A program made the translations under genes and the position numbers. Of a stretch of DNA of 64,000 nucleotides, positions 50,803-61,491 are shown one piece after another. Position 1 is the stretch's first letter; every line of letters begins with the position of its first letter. The DNA is from Carpediemonas membranifera BICM (Eukaryota; Protista; Fornicata). Where the stretch lies: contig JAHDYR010000007.1 of NCBI GenBank assembly GCA_019828565.1, positions 444,373 to 508,372 on the forward strand, given 5' to 3'. Under the pieces are notes generated by a model, which did no database searches, was not told the origin of the DNA, and worked only from the letters and a program-made list of their open reading frames with translations.

Positions 50803-52827
50803 ATGGACAACGAGCAAGAGCATTCTGCTCGCTCAAATTCCGGATCAGTTGTTGTTGATTGGCGGGACAAGCTCGCACCCCTTCCAGCAGCCATGACAAT
50901 GGAAGAACGCATTGAACAAGCCAGATCGGAGGCCTACGAGGCCGCGATTGAGACGATGAGAGGACAGGCAGAGAAGAAACTCCGCCAGCACCTTCTCTCC
51001 CGCATCAAGGAGGAAATGACCGTCCAGGTTCAGCACGAGGAGCGTCGCAAGCTTCTCGATGCCATGTCTGATGATGAGAAGCGCGCCCTGATGCAGGTTG
51101 AGATTGATCGCAAGGTGAACAGCCTCTCTGTGAAGCTCAAGGGTCGCCACAGCAAGGAGGTCGAAGAGGCTGTCAATAAGCGGCTCGACGACCTTCGCGA
51201 CGAAATGCGGCAAGAGACCGCGTCAGAGATCTCCACTCAGGTTGAGGAGCGAGTGAAGAAGGAGCGTGCGGTGCTCAGAGACGAGGCAGCGAGGCTGAGG
51301 ACGCAGGCTGAGAAGATCAAGCACGATACCCACTCGCAGAAGGCGGACATCGTCGTCAGGAAGCGCGTTGCTGAGCTCGAGGCCCGTGCGTCGAGAGAGC
51401 AGGCACAGAACCAGCGCCACCTGAACAAGTTGAAGTCTGCACACGCCGCGCTCGAGACCGAGGCCCAGGAGCTGCGGGTGTCCTCCCAGAAGACGGAGGA
51501 GAAGTACGCCAAGGAGGTCCAGCGCACAGCTAAGCTTAGCCGTGAGCTCGAAGACAAGAAACGCGACCTGGCCGCGGCCGAGGAAAAGATCCAGGGCCTC
51601 GAGACGAGGGCCAGCGGTCTCGCCGCCCAGCTCGAGGAGATGAGGACTGAGCTCGGCGAGATGAGAGAGGAGCATGCACACGCCATGGTCGGCATCCAGG
51701 AGGCCGTTCGCAGGCGCCAGGAGGCCGAGGACAACCTCATCGCCACCCGTGAGCAGCTGATCGCGGCACAGGGCGCCATGGCCGGCCTGGAGTGCGACCT
51801 GGAGGACGCCAGACAGCACACACTGGACCTCCAGATGGCCCGCGGCAGGCCTGCCCCGCCGCCGGTCTCGAGGGTGGCCAACGACGGATCATCCCGCCGC
51901 TCGCCGTCCGTTCAGTCTCTGGACGATGTCCTCGACGGGCTGTCTGACCTTGGCACTCCGGTCACGGCCGAGTCGGTGCAGCCCAGCAACCGGGAGGCCT
52001 ACCCCGGCTCGCCGCTGCGGAAACACACCGAGGTCGAGGAGAGCTCAAGCTCAGAGCAGACACGACCGGTGCCACAGCTACCCGCCAGGCGGTTTGACGC
52101 GTTCACCGTCCCCTCCGACCCGCCCCGGAGCACCGACCGCCCCCCTCGCGGCGAGCAGACTCCGGATCTCCCCGTGCCGAGGTTCAAGGGTCCCGCCACC
52201 CCGCGGTCCGGCCAAGAACCAAGGGCCCCCCACTCGGGCCAGAGCCGCGCGTACCCCAGGTCGCCCACCCCCGCCCCGAGAGACGGTGAGACCGTGGATT
52301 CTGTCGCCACTGTGGTCCACAGCCACTTCGAGACAGAGGCCCGGGCCCAGCACATGTACCTGAGCAGCGCCCCGCTGAAGATCCCTGGTGGGGCGGAGGG
52401 GAACCGGATTCTGTATGATCTGGAGCGGTTGTTTGTCCTATGGGACGAGGTTGAGGCCTCATTCAGTCGCCGTTGTCAAGTGATTGAGAGGATTCGCACC
52501 CTCACGACCGGGGATGAGCCCCCTATTGGTCCCATCGGTAGGATCATCAAGCACGAACTGACGGCGTGTAAGTCCGTGCTCGAACGCCACCGCGAGGAGC
52601 TTGAGCTCGTCAAACGGCGCGAGGAGATCAAGTCCAAGTTGCTCGCCCTCAAGCGGCACCAGGGGTCGAAGTCAGACCTCAACGCGGCCATGGCCGAGCT
52701 GCGGCGGACGGATCAAAAGATGCGCATCGGGGTCGAGGCCGCCCGCAAGCTTTCAGTCAGCCCCGTGCGGTACCGGGGGCTGCCGTACGTGGAGGTGCTG
52801 AAGGTGGACGGGGTGGTGTCCGTGTAA
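50803..52827 (+). CDS. Coiled-coil protein with C-terminal MAP65/CCDC87-like region
   Basis: Long heptads; L..LWD..., L..V..RE, V.YRG.PY.E.L..D. Confidence 0.55.
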   Translation: MDNEQEHSARSNSGSVVVDWRDKLAPLPAAMTMEERIEQARSEAYEAAIETMRGQAEKKLRQHLLSRIKEEMTVQVQHEERRKLLDAMSDDEKRALMQVEIDRKVNSLSVKLKGRHSKEVEEAVNKRLDDLRDEMRQETASEISTQVEERVKKERAVLRDEAARLRTQAEKIKHDTHSQKADIVVRKRVAELEARASREQAQNQRHLNKLKSAHAALETEAQELRVSSQKTEEKYAKEVQRTAKLSRELEDKKRDLAAAEEKIQGLETRASGLAAQLEEMRTELGEMREEHAHAMVGIQEAVRRRQEAEDNLIATREQLIAAQGAMAGLECDLEDARQHTLDLQMARGRPAPPPVSRVANDGSSRRSPSVQSLDDVLDGLSDLGTPVTAESVQPSNREAYPGSPLRKHTEVEESSSSEQTRPVPQLPARRFDAFTVPSDPPRSTDRPPRGEQTPDLPVPRFKGPATPRSGQEPRAPHSGQSRAYPRSPTPAPRDGETVDSVATVVHSHFETEARAQHMYLSSAPLKIPGGAEGNRILYDLERLFVLWDEVEASFSRRCQVIERIRTLTTGDEPPIGPIGRIIKHELTACKSVLERHREELELVKRREEIKSKLLALKRHQGSKSDLNAAMAELRRTDQKMRIGVEAARKLSVSPVRYRGLPYVEVLKVDGVVSV

Positions 52828-52871
52828 TATATTAGAAGGGTGTAAACAGTAGGACTGGGCGATGGTGTCAG

Positions 52872-53747
52872 ATGACGGCCAGATTTATGGAAGATACGCG
52901 AGATTCTGTGTCGAGAAGCGGAAGGGCGATGAGAAGCAGTGGGAGCCTCCGCCAGCTCCCACCATCGGACAAAACACGCATTAGTAACCTATTACGCGAG
53001 TTCTTTAATCAAAGAGCGGAAAACGAGCTTCACAGAGCACTGGTGGATGAAAAGACGTCTCTATGCGACGAATTGCAGGCCAGAGTGGAGCAAATGGAGC
53101 TCCAAGTTGAGGAAGAGCGCGAGAGATACCAAAGCGAGCTTACCGCTCTTGCCAAACGCCTTTCAGCCAGGGAGGAAGCCCACGAATCCCAGCTTCGAGC
53201 CCAGACAGCAGCCTCACAGCAACAGCTGGCATCCCTCAGAGCTGAAGCAGCGCAGAAGATTGCCCTAGCGAATGAACAGAACACTGGCTTGCAACATGCG
53301 TACGAAACGGTGTGCCGCCAGCTCGAGTCCGCTGCCGCGAGACTCACAGATGCCGAAGAGGCAAACAAGCGGCTAGTAGCCCAGTTACATCAGCAGGAGG
53401 GCCTTTCCAAGTCGCCGTCTAAGAAGACCGTGCAGATCGCCCCCCCGTCGTCCAACAATGACCTAACCCCGGAGCCCAGCCGCGCCCGCCGGATCCGGAA
53501 CCGGCAGATTGTCGACATCATGACCCAGCAAGACCGTGAGGCCGAGTCTGTCTCTGTCTCGCCCCGGGGCCCGAGGTCGGCTGCGGTGCCACCGAGAGCG
53601 CTGCATGTAAGAGGGTACTCCCGATCATCGTCGGGCCTTCACTCGCACGTGGACTCGTTGCTGGGGACCCCAATCGCGTACGAGGTGGTCCCGGACGTCG
53701 GGATGGACCAGACGGATGCGGCCGTGCTGAGGCTCCTCAATGGGTAG
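52872..53747 (+). CDS. Coiled-coil protein with hinderin/KIAA1328-like N-terminal motif
   Basis: LRQLPPSDKTRISNLLRE resembles L.DL..EDK.RIANLI.E. Confidence 0.45.
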   Translation: MTARFMEDTRDSVSRSGRAMRSSGSLRQLPPSDKTRISNLLREFFNQRAENELHRALVDEKTSLCDELQARVEQMELQVEEERERYQSELTALAKRLSAREEAHESQLRAQTAASQQQLASLRAEAAQKIALANEQNTGLQHAYETVCRQLESAAARLTDAEEANKRLVAQLHQQEGLSKSPSKKTVQIAPPSSNNDLTPEPSRARRIRNRQIVDIMTQQDREAESVSVSPRGPRSAAVPPRALHVRGYSRSSSGLHSHVDSLLGTPIAYEVVPDVGMDQTDAAVLRLLNG

Positions 53748-53939
53748 GGGAGGTGTATTAGTAGACTGAGACGGGGCTCGGGGCGGCTTGGTATGAAGCG
53801 TACAGAGTTAGTGGTCGGGAATAAAAAAAGGCCCTCCAACAAAGTTTTAAATAAGGCGGGTTGGGTCGATAAACACGCCTCTATGGTCATTTCCACGCCC
53901 CCCAAAGCGCACTGGTTGTCCTGACAACTCGGGTGACCG

Positions 53940-55646
53940 TCACACCCACCCCACCGGCCGCAGCTCATGCACCCTGCAGTACGGCAGGACATACGCCATG
54001 AGGGCCTCAGACTCGACACTAGGCGCCTCAACTCGCAGCCCACGGTCCGTGATCCACTCCCGGACACCGTACCAGACGCCTGTGTGGTCTCTGAAGCACC
54101 GCGTGCGGAGGTCACAGTCGAGCTCCTGCTGGTTGACCGCGACGGCGACAACTGGTATGGGGATCGAGTATCTGCTGATGAAACGGCGTTTGTCGATGTT
54201 TGTTAGCTGGAGGAGACAGTGAGTCGTGCCGTCGGCAGTAAGATAATAAAGCTGGGTCTCGTCGCAGTAAATGCGGAGGGTGTGGGGGGTAAGGCTGAGC
54301 CTCGTCGCCGTGGTGCAGTACTCCCGCCTGAACCCCTCGTCCAGCCAATAGCTGGCTGGTCCGTCGCCGACAGACTCTGCAAAGTCGGGCAGAAGGCCCG
54401 AGAAGCTGAGGGGAGCGGGAACCGAGCCTGCAAACCACCGGTCACACCCGGATTCGAAGAGATTGAAGCCAGGTGCAAAGACGATGTCATCGATGTGACA
54501 CAGGGGGTCAGTGAAGGCGCTGAGCTCATTCCTATGACCGACCCCGAGCTGGCCACTGTCGTTGCGGCCGGCAATGAGCTGTCTATCACCATGCGAAAGA
54601 AGGACGACACCGCCAATCAGGCGCATGTGATCTGGGACAAAGCCCGCGGGCAGGTCCACACGCCGGAAACCCGCCCCGCTCCGGCCCTGTGCGAATATCC
54701 GGCTGTGGTCGCCGGCACACATCATGCCGGCGGGGGTGGCGATCAGCGTCCAGCCCTCGTGGAACAGAGCGTGGGACACGAGGCGGTCCTTGTGCCAGGG
54801 GGGCAGGCTGGCCTCATGCTCGGCGATGGAGGGGCAGAGGAAGACAAGGCGGGTGGGCATGTCGATGTCGCGATAGCCCAGGCCGAGTACGCCGCATCGG
54901 TCATCGCCCAGGCCGAAAATCCCCTTGGCTGAGATAATCACGAACAATGGTCGATCTCCAGATCCGGTAACTGCCACTCGACTGACCCGCGGCAATCGAA
55001 CAATACCAAACTGAGACCCACCCTGGCCGAGCCCCCGAATAAACAGCTTCCCGGCAAACAAGAGTGCGTCAGGCTCTCCTCTGGCACCACGGCTCGACAC
55101 CGCTGCCCCCTTGGTCCGGGCAGAGGCGTGCGTGTCGCGGGTCCGACGGCAGAGGAACCAGCGGGCCTGGGTGGGTTCCACATCAGGGTCACTATAACTA
55201 TGTGGTGGCTTTGGGTCATCCATGTCGTTGTCTGTTCCCGCCGAGATGAGACAGGCCCAGAGCATTCCGCGAGGCAATGCATGGAAGCGGGGCGAGTTAT
55301 CTAGGGGCGAGCGTACAGTCGTACTTAGCTCGGGCCCGTCTGTGAGTATGGAAATCGCCCTGTCGAGCAGAACTTGGGCCCCGGGAGATCGTAGTTTCGG
55401 GACGGATAGCAATGTGGCGATCAGAAGCTCAATGGAGCCACGGCTTGCGTTCAGCTGGGCAGTATTGCCTGAATCTAGCGGTAGATTGAGCCTATACTCC
55501 CTCCGGGCCGCTTCAGCAATGAGACTGGGGCAATCACCGGCCATCTCGTGCGAGAAAAGCACCGCCAGCCAATATGCGTCAATGATCAGTCTTTTCGCCC
55601 TAGTTCGTCTTCGATCGAGACCAGTGCTGTGCTGCACTTGCCCCAT
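53940..55646 (-). CDS. RCC1/BLIP-II-like family protein (paralog of 3990-5549)
   Basis: AGRNDSGQLGVGH; WFLC and LPPWHKDRLV shared with 3990-5549. Confidence 0.75.
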   Translation of the reverse strand: MGQVQHSTGLDRRRTRAKRLIIDAYWLAVLFSHEMAGDCPSLIAEAARREYRLNLPLDSGNTAQLNASRGSIELLIATLLSVPKLRSPGAQVLLDRAISILTDGPELSTTVRSPLDNSPRFHALPRGMLWACLISAGTDNDMDDPKPPHSYSDPDVEPTQARWFLCRRTRDTHASARTKGAAVSSRGARGEPDALLFAGKLFIRGLGQGGSQFGIVRLPRVSRVAVTGSGDRPLFVIISAKGIFGLGDDRCGVLGLGYRDIDMPTRLVFLCPSIAEHEASLPPWHKDRLVSHALFHEGWTLIATPAGMMCAGDHSRIFAQGRSGAGFRRVDLPAGFVPDHMRLIGGVVLLSHGDRQLIAGRNDSGQLGVGHRNELSAFTDPLCHIDDIVFAPGFNLFESGCDRWFAGSVPAPLSFSGLLPDFAESVGDGPASYWLDEGFRREYCTTATRLSLTPHTLRIYCDETQLYYLTADGTTHCLLQLTNIDKRRFISRYSIPIPVVAVAVNQQELDCDLRTRCFRDHTGVWYGVREWITDRGLRVEAPSVESEALMAYVLPYCRVHELRPVGWV

Positions 55647-56380
55647 TCGCTGTGAATGAGGCTGGTTGCGATGAGATGGATTTGATGGGGATTTGATGGC
55701 CTCTCGCCCTCGCTATGAGTGCCGCATGGGACCATATAGGACCCTGGGATCGTGTCCGCCCATTCCTGGACCTCAGGTGGGCTGAATACGGCTTCTTCTT
55801 GCCAAACCCCATTGCCCATTTCCGAGGCTGGCCAGATCAAATGGTGAAATTGCCCCTTCTGAATCGCAATGTCCAGAGGTTAACCACGCAAGACCCCGAT
55901 CTGGTCTGGAATAAGCCAAATCGTTTTGCTCGGGCGAAGTCGTGACGGAATGTGGGCGGCCAGAACTTGCTGCTCAGCCCGTTGTCGGGCGTTCTGCTCT
56001 TCAACGACCCCCTCGACGCCAACGTCGTCTTCGGCACGGCCGAGAATCATCCTCGGGCTGCTCGTGCTGCTGGTCCGGCCCAAGTTTGTCAAGAAGTCCA
56101 AGGCGGCCGCAGTGAATGCTGCATACCAGACGGTCGAGCCATATCTCGAATCTCAAACAGATCGGTGAGTGAATCAGGAGATTCGGAATATTTGACGGGC
56201 CCGTTGACAGAGGCACTCCTGGCAGCCGACGATGCGGGGGAGCTTGGTGAGGCAGCGACAGAGTCTGACGATGCACTCCGTCGTGGCATCAGTCTCAGAG
56301 TCGGGTGCCATGGAGGGCAATATGGTGATCTGACGCGGTTTATCATACGAACAGTAAATGAGCTGTTTAGCTTTATTACA

Positions 56381-57493
56381 TCATTGGCCGAGCATGAAAG
56401 AGTCGAAGCCACATGGGAAAAGCGGAAAGTCTGTCATGCCGAACTGTGCGTCGAGCTCGACGACATTCGGGACCTCAGGGGATGTCACCGTGTCCGGCAT
56501 AGCCACGTCGACCATGCTTCCAATGGCGAGACCGGGCTCCTCCGACATCGACAACGACTGGGTGTGAGTCTCGCCGAGCAGGCTCCCGTTGGCCATGGAT
56601 GTGTGTACATCCACCGGAGGAGCGTGCAGGGCGAGCGGCTGGCCATGGGGCGGGCTGTAGTGTTGTATGGGTTGGCCCTTGCTGTGGCCAGGCATAGTGA
56701 TGCCCATGGTGACCATGCCGAATTCTTGCTTTCCAGCAGTAACGCACTGCTGTTCTGTGACCTGGGGCTTCCAACCCTGCTTTGCATGATGCAGGGGCTG
56801 TTCCAGTGGTAGGGTTGAGGTCCTTACCGGTGTCGTCTGCTTGAATGACTCATGCTGCGGCTGTGTCTGGTTTTGAACCGACCATCTGGCACCCTTCAGC
56901 TTGACCTCCCGTCCCTGCGACGGCTTGGGCTTTCTCTTGGGCGCGTTGGCCTCCATAAACTGCAACTCGCGGGGCGACACAGGGATCTCCCCCGCCTGAC
57001 TCTGCCGCATGGCGTCGATGATGGCGAGCACATGCTTCTTATCCTCCATCGTCATCGTCCCAAATGCGGGCGACTCCTTCGCGAATGTTGCCGAGATCAT
57101 GTTCATGACCCGGATCCACGCGAACTTGAGGCCACCCCGCACGGTCGGGTCGGTGTACATCTCCATGAGCTCCTTCAGCTTGCCCGCATAGAACGTCTTC
57201 ATTCTCCGCCGGGTATTCCTGAACCAGTTGTCGACCTGCGAGCGACTGAGGCTGGTGGCATCCATCAGCTGCTGGCGGGTGGCATCGTCGTAATATGGGT
57301 CAAAAATGTGGTCTATAAGCCAAGTTCCTAGCACGCCGTCGTCAATTGATGATTTTGTCGCAACGCTGCTGATTTCTGGCTTCGCTTTCTTCTCTTGAGC
57401 TGGAACTTCAGGCTCAACGTAATCGGTGGCGGATTGCGGTGTTTTGTCATATTGAGCGCCGACAAGCGCATAGCTTGCTAGGCTTGGATCCAT
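56381..57493 (-). CDS. TALE-class homeodomain transcription factor
   Basis: L..WL.DH..DPY....RQQL...T.LS.SQV.NWFRN.RRR. Confidence 0.85.
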   Translation of the reverse strand: MDPSLASYALVGAQYDKTPQSATDYVEPEVPAQEKKAKPEISSVATKSSIDDGVLGTWLIDHIFDPYYDDATRQQLMDATSLSRSQVDNWFRNTRRRMKTFYAGKLKELMEMYTDPTVRGGLKFAWIRVMNMISATFAKESPAFGTMTMEDKKHVLAIIDAMRQSQAGEIPVSPRELQFMEANAPKRKPKPSQGREVKLKGARWSVQNQTQPQHESFKQTTPVRTSTLPLEQPLHHAKQGWKPQVTEQQCVTAGKQEFGMVTMGITMPGHSKGQPIQHYSPPHGQPLALHAPPVDVHTSMANGSLLGETHTQSLSMSEEPGLAIGSMVDVAMPDTVTSPEVPNVVELDAQFGMTDFPLFPCGFDSFMLGQ

Positions 57494-57777
57494 TGCTTGC
57501 ACAGCGAATTTCCCGGAGCATCTTCAACTGGCAAAACCCGCCAGAGACGGTCAGGGATTCCCCGTTCGGGATTAACGTCTGACTGCTAAACCACAAGCGA
57601 GCAGCGCCAGTTAGCTGCATGGGAACTTGGTGCGCTGCGGGAGTTGCCCCTCTCCACCGAGCCCTCGCCGTGACTCAAGGACTCGGCCTGGGTCTACCGT
57701 ATTTACACGTCCGTACACCACGTGGAGAAATATATAATTCAAGCGAGGGGCGGAGTTCAATGCCTCCGCCCCCGTTC

Positions 57778-58446
57778 TCAGATGCCAAACCCTCGCCCTG
57801 GCCGCTTCGCACCAGTGCTTCCCTTCGTTTTCTTCTCCCACCGGGCTATCTCCCGCTGGATCTCCGTGATCCTTGCCGTTAGAGTTGCTTCGTCTCGTCT
57901 GCACGTCTCGACCCAGCTGGTGACCGTGGCCAGGCGGTCTCTCGCATAGGCTATCTCTGTGGCCTGCCGGGCATGCCGAAGCTTGAGCTGGGCGAGTCTA
58001 CTGCGGCGCTTGTCGTTCAGCGCTTTGAGATCGAGCGTACGCTGCCGTTCGGTGGCAATCAGGGTTTCGTACTCCTCAATCTTCTGGCGAATGTTAGCGG
58101 GGTGGTGCATGTCATTGGCCATCTGTCCAGAGACGCTTGTGGGAGTGGGGAGCCGCTCCGCGAAGGAGGGCGGCACAATGATCTCGTTCTCACAAAGGTT
58201 TTTGAGTGTATCGATGTCTGAGTCGACGCCATCTTTTGCGAAGTGCACCTCTGATGAAAGCTCGCTTGCTTTGCGCTTCTGAGGCTCTGATTGCTGCAGG
58301 TTGTTTGTTCGAGGCATAAATGATAATAGTGGTGCTGATTGCTGCTGAGATTGGTCCTTTTGGTTCAATATTGTGAGATTACTAGTATTTGGCTTCGTTC
58401 TACGCCCTCTCATGGCGATTCTGGACCCTGTAGAGGTTGAGGTCAT
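57778..58446 (-). CDS. Hypothetical coiled-coil protein
   Basis: 222-aa ATG-initiated ORF with C-terminal heptads. Confidence 0.6.
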   Translation of the reverse strand: MTSTSTGSRIAMRGRRTKPNTSNLTILNQKDQSQQQSAPLLSFMPRTNNLQQSEPQKRKASELSSEVHFAKDGVDSDIDTLKNLCENEIIVPPSFAERLPTPTSVSGQMANDMHHPANIRQKIEEYETLIATERQRTLDLKALNDKRRSRLAQLKLRHARQATEIAYARDRLATVTSWVETCRRDEATLTARITEIQREIARWEKKTKGSTGAKRPGRGFGI

Positions 58447-58647
58447 GCAGGCAGTGATCCAGCCAAAATGCGTGTCTCATTATTTACGAACGAGGCGTCG
58501 AAGGGGACTCAAACTCGGGCAGCCCCCGGCAAACACCTTCAGGTTACGCCCTAGGGCTTTTTGAGACGCTTGCAAGAAAAACTGTCATCCTGCCGAAAAA
58601 GCTTGCAAGATTCCCAATCGGCGAACGAAGACATTAAGAAACAGTTA

Positions 58648-59040
58648 ATGTCCAACTATACGTCGCCCATTATAAGCCCCAGAGGTACTAACGACAGTCC
58701 CAGACAGAATGTAGATCAGCACGGCCGCAGAAGATCCAGCCTGCTCATGCGTCTTGTGGATGAGGAGAAGTCCTTCTTCGATCGCGAACAAGGAAAGGTT
58801 ATTTCCGAAGCTGTAGCATCTCCTTCCACACCAGGCTCCCATCGTGGTTCGTCATCCTTCCCTTATGATTACTCAGGCCGTCCGCGCCGGGCGTCATTGC
58901 TCTCAAACTCCAACAATTCGCCCCTCTCTGGCCCCATGACGCCCATTGAAGAACGCCAGCAGCCTGATATTCCGCAGAAGACGGCGGAGGTCGAGTACGA
59001 ACTCGTGGAGAGCGAGTCCGACGCTGAGGACGCGGAGTAA
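58648..59040 (+). CDS. Hypothetical Ser-rich protein (start uncertain)
   Basis: ORF with RRxS and SP motifs and an acidic end. Confidence 0.45.
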   Translation: MSNYTSPIISPRGTNDSPRQNVDQHGRRRSSLLMRLVDEEKSFFDREQGKVISEAVASPSTPGSHRGSSSFPYDYSGRPRRASLLSNSNNSPLSGPMTPIEERQQPDIPQKTAEVEYELVESESDAEDAE

Positions 59041-59954
59041 TTGTACAACAGACAGAGATTAAACAGCATTACTGCAATGCGGGGCCATGTGTGAGTATGT
59101 GGCTGGAATGGTGCTGGTGGCGCGACAGTATCGGCGTGTCGATGCGCCAGTACTACGGCATGTGGCAGTGACCCGAAGATTGACGTGAAGGCACGGCAGT
59201 CAATATACGGCCTTGTTGGGCCGGGCATGACCAGGGAAGAACCCGCAGGTTAAGGTTCATTCTCGCGATCACGTGTCGTGAAAATTGACCACTAGTTCAT
59301 TTTCGTCAAACCAATGCCATGTTCTGTACAAAACAGTCAATTCGTTCGCAATTCAGTGTAGATGACCTCTTCGATGATCTTGAGGACACGCACCAGATCA
59401 GACTTTCTGATATCCTGTTCGACCAAGTGTGGTTTGCATTTGAGGGCTTGAATACGGTATACAACAACATATACGCCTCCCATGTCCCCGGAATATCTTC
59501 TCTGGCCCGTATCTTCCACACCACACCACGCACAGTGACGTCTCTGGCCGCCAACCTGGCAAGCATCGAGCGGACATGCGTCACACTCTGATGGAGGGCC
59601 AGGAAACATGCCCATATTAGCCCGCTGGGCCCGGGCATTGTTGCCGATCTTCACTCCTCCTTTCAAGCTCGGTAGCTTCAGAGACTGTGGCAGGCTGGCC
59701 ACAGGTCTGAGCTACTCTTCGGTGTCATAATAAATCCTTCCCACCCGCCCTCTTCCCTTTACCCGGCCCTGCACTAGTTGCCAATGCAGGATCAGACGAG
59801 ATGAGACCCACTGCCGGCACTGGTGGCGGTCCCATACGTGCCATGGTATGCGAATATCAATTCGAATATCACTCGAATACTGTCCAAATCAAGTGAATGT
59901 CGATCAGCTTCGACTCCCCGGGCAGTCACGACGACACGAAAGCACAGAAACACA

Positions 59955-59984
59955 GTAAGTAACCAATATGAAGGTCTCACGCAG
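59955..59984 (+). other. Putative 30-nt 5' UTR intron of glyoxalase I
   Basis: GTAAGT...GGTCTCACGCAG, ending 3 nt before the ATG; fits the local intron consensus. Confidence 0.7.
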
Positions 59985-59987
59985 ACT

Positions 59988-60414
59988 ATGAGCGCCACCG
60001 GTACTGGATTTTTGCACACGATGGTTCGTGTGAAGGACCTTGACACCAGCATTGCCTTCTACGAGAAGATCGGCATGAAGAAGCTTCGCACAAAGGACTT
60101 TCCTCAGTACGACATCATTCATCCATAATTTACCCAGGTACAAGTTTACTCTCGTCTTCCTCGGCTTCGGTGATGGCCCTGAGCTTGAGCTCACGTACAA
60201 CTACGGCCGCGAGGAGCCTTATGCTCTCGGCGAGGGCTACGGCCACATCGCCATCTCTGTGAACAACATCCACGACATGATTGCCCGCCTCAAGGAGACC
60301 GATCCCGACCGCATTGTCCGCGAGCCGTACACGATGGGTCAGAGCCTCATCGCGTTCATCACTGATCCTGACGGTTACAAGATCGAGCTCATCGAGAAGG
60401 AGCTCAAGCTCTGA
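59988..60414 (+). CDS. gloA: Lactoylglutathione lyase (glyoxalase I), short bacterial GloA-type; intron 60107-60137
   Basis: HTMVRV.DL..SI.FY, ELTYNYG, GYGHIAI, DPDGYKIELI; 31-nt GTACGA..TTTACCCAG intron gives 131 aa. Confidence 0.93.
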
Positions 60415-60649
60415 GGGGTAAAGGACTGGCCATGATATTGAGCTACCAAGGGTCGTAGGTTCAGCATTAACCATCTCACAGCTAATGGGGTTGTTTCCCG
60501 CAAGCATGATGCTCTAGCCACCAGGGTCGACTCAGCTTACTGGATGCGGGTCGCGCTCGCTGCTGTGGTCCTCGCGCTGGCGGTGCTGGCCTAGCCTGGT
60601 AAATGTTCCGAACTCAGTGTGCCGTTTAATAAACTGTCCGTCTGCATGC

Positions 60650-61460
60650 TCAGTCGAGCTCCTCGACCGTGGGGCCGGCACCCGATGGGGCCGCGCCAGG
60701 CGCCCCGCCCATGTCGGGCATGCCCTGCGGCGCGCCCTCGGCGTAGAGCTTGGTCATGATGGGCGTCGAGACCTGCTCGAGCTCCTTGCGCTTGGCCTCG
60801 AACTCCTCCTTCTCGGCGTCGACGTGGGTGTCGAGCCAGCTCATGACGTTCTTGATCTCGGCGTCGAGCTTGTCCTTGTCCTCGGCGGAGATCTTGTCCT
60901 TGAACTTCTCGTCCTCGATGGTGTTGCGGAGGGAGTAGGCGAAGTTCTCGAGGCCGTTGCGCGCCTCGACCTTCTCGCGCACCTTCTCGTCGTCGGCCTT
61001 GAACCGCTCCGCGTCGGCGACCATGCGCTCGATGTCGTCCTTGGAGAGGCGGCCGGAGTCGTTGGTGATCGTGATCTGCTGGCGGTTGCCCGAGCTCTTG
61101 TCCTCGGCGGTGACCTGGAGGATGCCGTTGGCGTCGATGTCGAACGACACCTCGATCTTCGGGACGCCGCGGAGCGCGAGCGGGATGCCGGTCAGGTCGA
61201 ACGTGCCGAGCTTGTTGCAGTCGCGCGTGCGGGCGCGCTCGCCCTCGAAGACCTGGATGGTCACGGCGGGCTGGTTGTCGGCGAAGGTCGAGAACGTCTC
61301 CTTGGCGTGCGCGGGGATCGTCGTGTTGCGCTTGATGAGCGTCGTCATCACGCCGCCGGCGGTCTCGATGCCGAGCGAGAGGGGCGTGACGTCGAGCAGG
61401 AGGAGGTCGGAGACCTTCTCGGACTTGTCGCCCGCGAGGATGGCGGCCTGGACGGCGGCG

Positions 61461-61491
<31 letters not shown>

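Noticed and set aside
58468-58560. ATG in frame with the 58561 ORF across a TAG (possible readthrough or alternative code)
   Set aside because: TAA and TAG end many conserved genes here, so the code is standard; this ATG is only 21 nt from the divergent gene's start.
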